Part shown: piece by piece, positions 18,533 through 27,351 of the stretch
Layout of the letters: every line of letters begins with the position of its first letter
Numbering within the stretch: position 1 is the stretch's first letter
From: Promethearchaeia archaeon
Lineage (GTDB): Archaea; Asgardarchaeota; Lokiarchaeia; Sigyniarchaeales; SOKP01
Direction: 5' to 3'
Assembly: GCA_029856105.1 (NCBI GenBank)
Contig: JAHQWH010000088.1
Location: forward strand, 1 to 37,431
Length of the DNA: 37,431 bases
Translations under genes and position numbers: made by a program
Notes under the pieces: generated by a model
The model's input: only the letters and a program-made list of their open reading frames with translations
What the model was told of the DNA's origin: nothing
Databases searched by the model: none

Positions 18533-19813
18533 ATGGCAAAACAAAAAAAGAACCAAAAAAATGAAAGAAGATCCCCTGATGCAGGTTTTAAAATCTTTAA
18601 AGACCCAGAAATGGATTGGACTTTTGCCCGTACACTCCAATACATCTATGAAAACGCAGCAGAAGTTGGAGAATGTCTCCGTGTAGCCCGTAGAATTAAT
18701 GAAAAGAATAGAGAGAGCTGGATCGAAGAATGGGCTAATCTTGCCTTAAAAAAAGAAATTAAGGCCATAGAATCCCTTACTAAAGGACACAGAATTAGTG
18801 CAAGAGAATTATTTTTATGTGCTTCGAATTACTACAGAACCGCTGAATATGCAACACCACCTTCACACCCACGCTTTCATGAACTTTGGGAGAAAAGTGT
18901 TGAGTGTTTTCATAAGGCTTGCCCATTATTTAGTCCCCCAATTCAGATAGTTGAGATATCATTTAATAATTTTAAATTACCAGGGTATTTCTGGAGCCCA
19001 GATACAACTAATACTCATCATCCCACTCTAATTGCCGCAGGTGGAAACGATACTTCACTAGAAGAAGTTTTTTTCTTATGTGGACCAGCAACAGTAAGGC
19101 GAGGATATAATTTTTTTACATTTGAACATCCTGGTCATCGAGGAGCTGTTCATCTCTATCCTAATTGTACCAGACGACATGATTATGAAATACCTTATAA
19201 AGTAGCGATCGATTTTCTTAAGACATTTAATGGCGTGGATGATAGAATTGCGTTAACGGGATTTAGTTACGGTGGATATGTAGCTACTAGAGTAGCAATT
19301 TATGAAAACCGTATTAAAGCTGTTATTCCAAATACACCTATTATAGATATGGTCAAAATGCAAAAATCTTTTGGAGGTAATTCTCGAAAACGTAATCTTT
19401 TACTTAAAATTCCAGCTTCTTACCTTAATCGACTTATAGAACGAATGCTTAGCAAGATGCCATTACAATATACCCTCGCAAAATATGTTCTATGGGTATT
19501 TGGAATGCATGAACTCTCTTGGACTGAGGTTATTAAGAAGGATATGTATAAAAAGCACAATATTAAAGATCAGATTCATAAAATAAAATGCCCGGCTCTC
19601 GCAATAGTGAGCGATAGTGAAGGAGAAGAACTATTAACTCAAGCAAAAGAGTTCATTAAAGGTATTTCTTCAGATGTCAAAGAAATTTACATTTTTAATT
19701 TAGATAAAGATGGCTCAAATGATCATATTCAACTTGATAACCGAATAAGTGGAAATCAAATAATGTTTGATTGGCTTGATGAAATTTTTGATTACAACGC
19801 TCAATTGATATAG
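18533..19813 (+). CDS. Alpha/beta hydrolase (FrsA / dihydroxypseudooxynicotine-hydrolase-like)
   Basis: Nucleophile elbow GFSYGG; ASNYYRTAE, LPGYF and GGND motifs; C-terminal His and FDWLD. Confidence 0.85.
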   Translation: MAKQKKNQKNERRSPDAGFKIFKDPEMDWTFARTLQYIYENAAEVGECLRVARRINEKNRESWIEEWANLALKKEIKAIESLTKGHRISARELFLCASNYYRTAEYATPPSHPRFHELWEKSVECFHKACPLFSPPIQIVEISFNNFKLPGYFWSPDTTNTHHPTLIAAGGNDTSLEEVFFLCGPATVRRGYNFFTFEHPGHRGAVHLYPNCTRRHDYEIPYKVAIDFLKTFNGVDDRIALTGFSYGGYVATRVAIYENRIKAVIPNTPIIDMVKMQKSFGGNSRKRNLLLKIPASYLNRLIERMLSKMPLQYTLAKYVLWVFGMHELSWTEVIKKDMYKKHNIKDQIHKIKCPALAIVSDSEGEELLTQAKEFIKGISSDVKEIYIFNLDKDGSNDHIQLDNRISGNQIMFDWLDEIFDYNAQLI

Positions 19814-19915
19814 GAGAGTCTGAGAAATTTACAAAATTCAGGATTAGTATAAATTTATTAAATACATTTTTTTCTTTTTTTTCTCTAAAACTAATGAATA
19901 GTATCTAAATTTCCA

Positions 19916-19994
19916 TTCTATTTTTCTTTTAATTTTTCTTTTATATTTTGAGAAAGCCCACATCCAACTATATCAATTCCGTTGATTGCCCATT
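19916..19994 (+). repeat. Repeat R copy 4
   Basis: Minus strand encodes WAINGIDIVGCGLSQNIKEKLKEK*. Confidence 0.9.
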
Positions 19995-20101
19995 GAACTG
20001 AATAATTTGACAAAATAGTAAGATTTAAATTATTATCGAGCTTAATTATTAATGTAAAATCTAATTATCAATTAAATTGAAATTACCCAAAGGTGAGAAT
20101 T

Positions 20102-20422
20102 ATGGTTGTAACTACATCTTGGTTTCCAGCAAGTAAAGCCTCTGAAGTAGGGAAAAAATATCTTGAAGTCTTGAAACAATTTCCTCGGGATAAAACAATT
20201 TCAAAAGTTATTGTACCCGTAGGCGTAAGAACAACATCAGATGGAATGAAATCCTTTACGATTTCTGAAATAAAAGAGGGGAAATTAAAGGAATACATGG
20301 ACCTAGCTTACAAGCAAATACTCATTTACTCTGAAATTGAGGGATATAAAGCTGAAATGGAATTTTACATGTCAGGAGTAGAGGCATTACCACTTGTAGG
20401 ACTTAAAATGCCTGAATTATAG
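20102..20422 (+). CDS. Small hypothetical protein X, copy 2
   Basis: Paralog of 17263-17589; SD AGGTGAG before ATG 20102 (the track starts at GTG 20093). Confidence 0.8.
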   Translation: MVVTTSWFPASKASEVGKKYLEVLKQFPRDKTISKVIVPVGVRTTSDGMKSFTISEIKEGKLKEYMDLAYKQILIYSEIEGYKAEMEFYMSGVEALPLVGLKMPEL

Positions 20423-20543
20423 CTCAAAAATAATTAAAATTTTCTTTTTTTATTCTATAAGTAAATATTGATATTATTGCTTAGATTTTTCAAACCTATA
20501 ATGTTATTATTTCTATATTAATGTATTATAAAGTTGATTTAAA

Positions 20544-21407
20544 TTGAGGATAGATTTCCACTGTCATATTTTTCTTAATGTTAACGCGTTTCAGGCATTC
20601 AAATTATACAATCAAAAGTTTAGCGGCTACGGGTTCTACAAAAGAATTCTTAAAATGCTGGAAGGGATTAAAACTATCAACACAGATAATATTATAAAGA
20701 AGACATTATATCATTTAGAAAGAGTTAAAATAAATAAGGTAGTTATGCTCCCAGTAAGTGAAAAGGAAAACGTGGCTGTAAGTGAGTGGGCACGGAATGC
20801 ACCTGATATCATAATTCCTTTTTTCAATCCCCCAGAGAGGCTGGATGATAGTAAAGGCATAAAAGAGATTATAGAAAAGGCAATTTTAGATGATAATTAT
20901 AAGGGATTTAAAATAATGGTATCCTTTAGAAAAAAGAAATTGAATGACAAAATCTTATATCCGGTTTTAGAAACGGCGCATGAGCATAAATTACCTGTCC
21001 TATTCCATACGGGTTATCCTCCACCTGGAACTCAGAAAAGCGTTCTAACTTTTTCTAATCCTATTGTTATTGATGAGTACGTTAATTCATTTCCGGATGC
21101 TAAAATTATCATAGCGCATATGGGATATCCTTGGGTTGATAATGCTCTTGCTTTAGCGGTTCAATATCCCAATATATATTTAGATATTAGCAATATGACC
21201 TATATGATGCCAAATCGTTTAAAGGACTTTCTGGTATATGCTAAAGAGCTTATTGGATTGGATAAAATATTATTTGGATCGGATGGGTTTGTCCCAGAAA
21301 TGATTGAAATTGCTGTAAATTACTTTAATAACGTCAATTTTCTAACTAAGGAGGAAATTGATAACATTTTAGGGTTGAACGCTCAAAAATTGTTAAAAAT
21401 TGAATAG
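20544..21407 (+). CDS. Amidohydrolase-family (Amidohydro_2-like) metal-dependent hydrolase
   Basis: IDFHCH, GFK, PVLFHTG, IAHMG, YLDIS, LFGSD. Confidence 0.9.
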   Translation: MRIDFHCHIFLNVNAFQAFKLYNQKFSGYGFYKRILKMLEGIKTINTDNIIKKTLYHLERVKINKVVMLPVSEKENVAVSEWARNAPDIIIPFFNPPERLDDSKGIKEIIEKAILDDNYKGFKIMVSFRKKKLNDKILYPVLETAHEHKLPVLFHTGYPPPGTQKSVLTFSNPIVIDEYVNSFPDAKIIIAHMGYPWVDNALALAVQYPNIYLDISNMTYMMPNRLKDFLVYAKELIGLDKILFGSDGFVPEMIEIAVNYFNNVNFLTKEEIDNILGLNAQKLLKIE

Positions 21408-21457
21408 AAAAAGACTATGCTGCGTTTTTAATTGATAATAATATAATTTGTTTTTCT

Positions 21458-21545
21458 TTCTATTATTCTTTTAATTTTTTAGCTATATTTTGAGAGAGTC
21501 CACACCCGATTATATCAATTGCGTTGATTACCCATTTAAGTTGTT
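21458..21545 (+). repeat. Repeat R copy 5 (candidate right boundary of the island)
   Basis: Minus strand encodes QLKWVINAIDIIGCGLSQNIAKKLKE*. Confidence 0.9.
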
Positions 21546-21568
21546 ATAAAAATTTATTTTTGTAAAAG

Positions 21569-22237
21569 TCACAATAAAAAACACGGCACACTATTGAACA
21601 TGACTAATAATTCGTATGTTTCTATTGCGAGCGTAAGTATAATGCCCATAATTCCAATAATTTTAATCCAATTTAAATTATTCTTTTCTCCGTATCTTAT
21701 AAAAAAATAATAGCCAATAATAGGGATAAGTATCAAACCCGTAAAAAAATTATACATAAACCAAGTATTCATAGCACAACCTAAATTAATACCCACCATG
21801 TACACTATTCCATAGAAGAACATCAATAAATACGCTGAAATATTATGAATTAAAACCATTATTCCTCCAATTAAAAGAGAATTACCGTAATTAGCTCTGC
21901 TTTTCATTCCATAAAGTGTTAAAGCTATTCCGTGAGTAATTATATAAGGGAAAAAGAAGATTGTAAGATAAACAAAGCCAAGGGTATATAACAAGGGAAG
22001 ATCTGCATTTAGATTAATGTTATTTGCATTATATGTAGGAATAAAAAACGTAACAATTATTAGCCCAAAGTTAAAAAATTGCGAGACTAATAGGAATTTA
22101 GAATATTTAGTTCGACCTTTATCTTTTTGAGCAATAACTAAAAGAGCATAGTTATTAAAGACAAAAGGAATGAGCAACCATAAATAAAGTAAGTGATTGT
22201 TAGAAAACTCCCATATAAATCCAAAATTGAGATCCAA
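21569..22237 (-). CDS. Multi-pass membrane protein
   Basis: About six hydrophobic segments; SD GAGGTGA upstream of the TTG start. Confidence 0.75.
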   Translation of the reverse strand: MDLNFGFIWEFSNNHLLYLWLLIPFVFNNYALLVIAQKDKGRTKYSKFLLVSQFFNFGLIIVTFFIPTYNANNINLNADLPLLYTLGFVYLTIFFFPYIITHGIALTLYGMKSRANYGNSLLIGGIMVLIHNISAYLLMFFYGIVYMVGINLGCAMNTWFMYNFFTGLILIPIIGYYFFIRYGEKNNLNWIKIIGIMGIILTLAIETYELLVMFNSVPCFLL

Positions 22238-22359
22238 CTCATGTTCACCTCATTGTGAAATAAAAATCCATTAAATAATTACTTCTTAACATCTAATTTA
22301 AAGCCATCAATAAAAAAAGTGACACTAAGAGGAGATAAAATGAGAATTCTTATGAAAAT

Positions 22360-23406
22360 TCAATGATGAGTCGTTAATTCATTTAATTTTTCATTATTTA
22401 AGCAATAAAGGTTTTTCTTGTCAAGGGTTCTAAGATTCACCAATTGACTATCAATCAAAATCTCGAGATATTTATTCACGGTCGTGTGATGCATTCTGAG
22501 GGTTTTAGCAATTTGGGATTTTGTGCAACCTTTCGAATTTAATTTCAAATATTCGATTAGTTCGCTACATTTTACTCTTGAAATGATTTGTAATATATGG
22601 TCATTTTCCGAGGGCAATTTCGAGTCAAAATATGCGATTTGGTTATTAAACTCTTGTTTTCTTATCATATTAAACCTCAGTAGAATATTTAGGTGCCAAT
22701 TTGTCAGAAAGATACTTAATCCCAGAGTTTTTGATAATTTGTTTAAATATGTTCCAGGATTATTCTTTATCTCCTCGTAAATACTACTACGGTTTAAATT
22801 GGATAAAATTGTATTTCTTGTAATCTTTGATCCTTCTACAATCATATGTTTTGTTGCCAATGAATCGAGTATTTGTTTAATACCATTATGATTTAACCCA
22901 TTATCCTCTTGAAAATATCTGTTTTTGATGAAAGAAACCAAATCAGGTTTATAACATACTCTATTTTTATTTAGAAATTCCTCAACGAGAGTAAAAACTT
23001 GAGACTCCTCAATCGATAAATCCAATGAGATGGAGATTGAGGCGACTTCCTTACCTTGAACTTCTCTTTGATGCCCTTCCTTAATTAGACCGAATAATTG
23101 AGCCCCTGCAGAGATTCCAATAAAAACTGTAAGAGAAATTATGATTTTTCGATTAATTTCTAAATCCAAATTATTAAAAGTACTACATTCCATACTGAAC
23201 GGATCAAAATCTTCATCTGATACCCCCGTAATAGAATTAGATGTTTCTAAAATTACTTTTAATAGGTTAGAATTTAAATAATCTGAATAATTATCTTGGT
23301 CATCAAAATCATCTATCAATTTATTAAATAAAACGTTAGGTACATAAAGAATTAGCAGTCCCGTGATAATTAGGATAATAACTTTAATTCTTCGCCCTTT
23401 GAACAT
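22360..23406 (-). CDS. Membrane-anchored winged-HTH transcriptional regulator
   Basis: Two N-terminal hydrophobic segments; tandem wHTH (NRSSIYEEIKNNPG..LSKTLGL...WHL; KSQIAKTLRMHHTTVNKYL). Confidence 0.75.
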   Translation of the reverse strand: MFKGRRIKVIILIITGLLILYVPNVLFNKLIDDFDDQDNYSDYLNSNLLKVILETSNSITGVSDEDFDPFSMECSTFNNLDLEINRKIIISLTVFIGISAGAQLFGLIKEGHQREVQGKEVASISISLDLSIEESQVFTLVEEFLNKNRVCYKPDLVSFIKNRYFQEDNGLNHNGIKQILDSLATKHMIVEGSKITRNTILSNLNRSSIYEEIKNNPGTYLNKLSKTLGLSIFLTNWHLNILLRFNMIRKQEFNNQIAYFDSKLPSENDHILQIISRVKCSELIEYLKLNSKGCTKSQIAKTLRMHHTTVNKYLEILIDSQLVNLRTLDKKNLYCLNNEKLNELTTHH

Positions 23407-23799
23407 AATATTAATCTCATGGTGATGCTTTGCTTAATATTTTTCTTAACAACCTAATAAATTTTATGGTGATGGTTTTCTTTTGTTTGAATTCTCACCC
23501 AAGCTAAATTCTCCCCGAAAGGTATTAATTTTTCACACAAAAGAAAACTTGTTAGGCTTAGAACTTGTGATTTCGTCGTTAATCGAAGGTTTAAAGACGA
23601 GCGATTACATAGAATAATTTATCTCTGTAATTTATTTAAAAAACTCTAAATTAATTAATTTTAAATCATAAAATCAAAATAAAAGCTAAAAATGTATTGT
23701 GATAAGAATTGAATAGAAAATGAATTTCGACTTGATATTTATAGCCTTCAATTTTTAGAGCGCAATTACCAAGTAAAATCAATTCTTATTCTTTCTTTA

Positions 23800-25107
23800 T
23801 TATTCAAGCTCGATTTGTATGTATTTTTTTTGAAGTTTTAACATTGATTCTAAAATATTTTTTGCTTGCGATGTGCTATTTATAACTGGATCGGCAAGAA
23901 GCGCTTGTAGAGCAACTTTTTTTGATTTAGTAAGAATTGCCTCGACGACAAGGTCTTGAACAGAAGCTTGAGTCCTTAATAACGCAGCTAGACCTTTAGG
24001 ATAGTCTCCAAGCGGTACTCCGTGAAGTCCGTCTTTATTAACGATAGCAGGGCATTCTACTACTAGGTCTTGGGGAAGATTTGTAATAATACCATCATTA
24101 GGAATGTTTACCGAGGTTTCTTCGTGATTATCATTAGTTATTATGCCTTCAATAATAGGAATGGCTCTTTCAGCATCGGCTTTCACGAGTTTAGCGCCTC
24201 TTCCGCGTTCTATAGTCCTTTTTATTCGACTAAAACTTTTAGCTAACTTAACTTCGTAGGATTCCCAGAATTCACGGCCATGGGGTAAGTCTGCAACTTC
24301 CCACGCCCATGATAGGTATTCCCCATAATGGTTGTCCGTCGTGTATGCATAATAATCATATGTTTCTAAAATGAATTTAATTAGAGACAGATCTGTGCTT
24401 TCAGCTAATCTCTCTAAAACCGCAGGACCTTTCTGACGAATATCTGGATAAGCATCTCTACCAGTATCGCGATATTTTGCTTCTAGAACAACTCCAAAAT
24501 GATTTAATCCTCCTGTTTTAATTTCAATATTTGACATCGGCGTATCAAGAATTTTTGGGAGGATTTGAGGGGCATTATTTCCTAATTCGTGGCATAAGCC
24601 TACAAATTTTTGATTTGGAAATTTTCGCTTTATTGCCAGACAAATTCGACTCATGGGATTGGAGTAATTTATAAAAAGCGCATATGGACAAATCTTCTGA
24701 ATATCCTCACAAATGTCTAAAATAGGAGGTATCACTCTCAATGAATGGAAGAGACCTCCAGGTCCACCATTCTCACCAGTAATTTGCGTGCTACCCCACA
24801 TCATTGGAAATTCAAAATCCCACCTTAACAGTTTAAATCTTGGAGGTATTTCTATTGCGTTGATAACAAATGTTGCGTTTTTTAAGGCTTCTTTTCGATC
24901 TAAAGATAATTCAACGGTATAGTTTAATTTACCACTCTCAACAGCAGATTGACATGCTTGAGTTGCTAAACCTAAATTTTCTTCGTTTATATCGTGAAGG
25001 CATATAGTAGAACCATCTAAGCTCTCACTATGTATTACACTGCCCACGGAACCTAATCCAAATTGAAGAGACCCGGCACCAATCACTACTATTTTTTCTT
25101 TACTCAT
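23800..25107 (-). CDS. Glycoside hydrolase family 4 (alpha-galactosidase/alpha-glucosidase)
   Basis: IGAGS, GENGGPGG, NYSNP, GLCH, GLNH. Confidence 0.93.
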   Translation of the reverse strand: MSKEKIVVIGAGSLQFGLGSVGSVIHSESLDGSTICLHDINEENLGLATQACQSAVESGKLNYTVELSLDRKEALKNATFVINAIEIPPRFKLLRWDFEFPMMWGSTQITGENGGPGGLFHSLRVIPPILDICEDIQKICPYALFINYSNPMSRICLAIKRKFPNQKFVGLCHELGNNAPQILPKILDTPMSNIEIKTGGLNHFGVVLEAKYRDTGRDAYPDIRQKGPAVLERLAESTDLSLIKFILETYDYYAYTTDNHYGEYLSWAWEVADLPHGREFWESYEVKLAKSFSRIKRTIERGRGAKLVKADAERAIPIIEGIITNDNHEETSVNIPNDGIITNLPQDLVVECPAIVNKDGLHGVPLGDYPKGLAALLRTQASVQDLVVEAILTKSKKVALQALLADPVINSTSQAKNILESMLKLQKKYIQIELE

Positions 25108-25252
25108 TATGAATCACTTATATCTAAATTTAATTTCTATAATTAAAAAATTTTTATCATAAGAGTTTATTATAATTGGGAAGATAAACATTTTTATTAT
25201 GATATCTTATATATTGTTGTATAGAATAGATAAAAAGTGTGGAATTTAGAAA

Positions 25253-26053
25253 ATGAAATTTATTGATCTTTCAATCCCTATTATAAATCCCGACGAACTT
25301 ATTTTTGACCCTCCTCTTACCCAACCTCATATTGAGTATGGTAATCACGATAGAGGCGCTGAAGAAATGGGTTTTCTTTTTTCACGGCTGAAACCAGAGC
25401 ATCTCCCCATTGGAAAGGGTTGGACAACAGAATCCATTACATTAGGCACGCATTCTGGAACCCATATGGATGCCCCTTGGCATTTTGCTCCTATCCAAGA
25501 CAGAGAAATTGGAGAAAAAAAGGCTATGACAATTGACGAGTTTCCATTAGAATGGGGTATTGGACCGTTAATTGTCTTAGATTGTACGGATTACGAAGAA
25601 GGGTACGTAATGACGCCCGAAGATATCGATAAAAAATTAGAAGGTATAAATCATAATTTAAAAGAAGGTGATATTCTCTGCGTTCATACAAACGCCCCCA
25701 AGCACTATGGTACAAAAGAATACATAAATCATGGCGTTGGAGTTGGTAGGGAAGCAACGCTACATATTATTCGCCAAGGCGTTCATGTGGTTGGAATCGA
25801 TGCTTGGTCATGGGACGCTCCATTTACTCTAACTGCAAAAAAATGGAAAAAATCAATAAAAGAGAAAAAACCTGATACATCAATTATTTGGGAAGGCCAT
25901 TTCGCTGGAATAGAATTAGGCTATTTTCAAATGGAAAAAATGATGAATTTAGATAAATTACCTGCGGTTGGAGCCACAATTTATTGTTTTCCAGTTAAAA
26001 TAGCTAGGGCGAGCGCTGGTTGGGTTAGAGCTGTTGCGAGTGTCCCTGATTAA
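25253..26053 (+). CDS. Cyclase-family protein (kynurenine formamidase KynB-like)
   Basis: HSGTHMDAPWH, GIDAWSWD, RAVA. Confidence 0.9.
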   Translation: MKFIDLSIPIINPDELIFDPPLTQPHIEYGNHDRGAEEMGFLFSRLKPEHLPIGKGWTTESITLGTHSGTHMDAPWHFAPIQDREIGEKKAMTIDEFPLEWGIGPLIVLDCTDYEEGYVMTPEDIDKKLEGINHNLKEGDILCVHTNAPKHYGTKEYINHGVGVGREATLHIIRQGVHVVGIDAWSWDAPFTLTAKKWKKSIKEKKPDTSIIWEGHFAGIELGYFQMEKMMNLDKLPAVGATIYCFPVKIARASAGWVRAVASVPD

Positions 26054-26059
26054 CGAATA

Positions 26060-27178
26060 TTAAGAACTAAGAACTTTTAAAGCTTTTTTTTTAAAACTAT
26101 TTTCTATGAGCCGAGTTGCAATTAAAAAGCTGAGAATGCCGAGAACAGCTTTAAGAGAAGCTTTTTCTCTTAATTTCATGTAAGTAGCTCGCAGAATTAC
26201 CCCAAATAATATTATTCCCACTGCACATGCCAACCAAATTGTAAAATAAGCGTTAAGTTGTTGCGTAAATAGGAAAATTAGCGGGTTGTGTAGCAAAAAG
26301 ACGGTAAATGAGTAATAAGAATAATAGAAGAAATATTTGTAGCTTTTAGCTGTTTTTATTTTTTCCAAAACTTCGATAAGCATAAGGGATGATAATATAA
26401 TTATTACTAAACCTATGGCAGAAGCAATTGATGGGATTGTGTTAAAGATCAGAAAATTAGGGAATTGATAAAAAACACCAAAAACAACTAAAGAAATTCC
26501 AATTAATAACATATGAATTAGCAATTTGTTTTTAAATTGGTATTTCCTATCGATTTGATCTTCAATAATATTGATTTTGTAAACATATTCCCCTACTGCC
26601 GATCCAATTATAAATATACCTAGATAAATCAAAATTACATATTGATCCAAAGGAAAAAAGAGTATATGAAATAGAACACCAAATAGCGATGCTTCTCCCT
26701 CATAGGACAATAACAAATTCAAAATTAGCTGATTTCCTATTATCATAGAAATTCCCAGAAGTATTCTGAATAGTTTAGAGGTTTTCAAGAGTGGCCAAGC
26801 TAATAAAAGAGAAAATCCAATTGTTTGCAGGGCGTTCCACTCCCAAATGCTTCCCCCCCATATCAACGCATTAAAAGCATTAAAAATAAAGGCTATAATT
26901 AATATAAAGCTAGCTCTAAGGAGGTAAATGTTTCTTATGGTTGTCATACTAATCGTATCTGAGTCTTTTGTTGTGTTTTGATAATTTCTAAAGGATAACG
27001 CTGCGCTGATTCCTGAAACGAAAAGAAATCCCGTTGCACCGAGTGGTTTAAGAAACGCGTATAACCAAAATTGCAGCCAAGCGTCTTCCGGTCTTATCCA
27101 CCAAAAAATTAGGTGCCCAAAAACCATGAGGAACATTGAAAGACCTCTAACGGTGTCAACGCTATTTATTCTTCTCAT
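26060..27178 (-). CDS. HGSNAT/DUF1624-like membrane acyltransferase
   Basis: RINSVDTVRGLSMFLMVFGH, FLFVSGIS, LQTIG; multiple TM segments. Confidence 0.8.
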   Translation of the reverse strand: MRRINSVDTVRGLSMFLMVFGHLIFWWIRPEDAWLQFWLYAFLKPLGATGFLFVSGISAALSFRNYQNTTKDSDTISMTTIRNIYLLRASFILIIAFIFNAFNALIWGGSIWEWNALQTIGFSLLLAWPLLKTSKLFRILLGISMIIGNQLILNLLLSYEGEASLFGVLFHILFFPLDQYVILIYLGIFIIGSAVGEYVYKINIIEDQIDRKYQFKNKLLIHMLLIGISLVVFGVFYQFPNFLIFNTIPSIASAIGLVIIILSSLMLIEVLEKIKTAKSYKYFFYYSYYSFTVFLLHNPLIFLFTQQLNAYFTIWLACAVGIILFGVILRATYMKLREKASLKAVLGILSFLIATRLIENSFKKKALKVLSS

Positions 27179-27351
27179 ATTGTTAATAAAAAGTTGACAT
27201 ACTATTTATAGCTTTAATTCTCGAAAACGATTTTGATAATAATGTAAAAATTTTGTTTGGAAAGTAATTCTCATAAAAAGAAGCGAACTAATAGAGTTAT
27301 AGCTACAATTCTTGAATAAATAAGAAAAAAAATAGAAATTTAATTTTTTTT

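Larger units (their letters stand above)
961..21545. mobile_element. Integrase-less accessory island: small ORF + GIY-YIG nuclease + HerA-like ATPase core followed by a cargo array
   Basis: Bounded by direct repeats 961-1045 and 21458-21545, with three more internal copies. Contains gene remnants, duplications and defence/metabolic cargo; starts at the thermosome terminator. Confidence 0.7.

Noticed and set aside
961-21545. Repeat R as a CRISPR array or integron attC sites
   Set aside because: Spacing is kilobases, there is no cas or intI gene, no convincing hairpin is visible, and variation follows codon positions of a protein frame.
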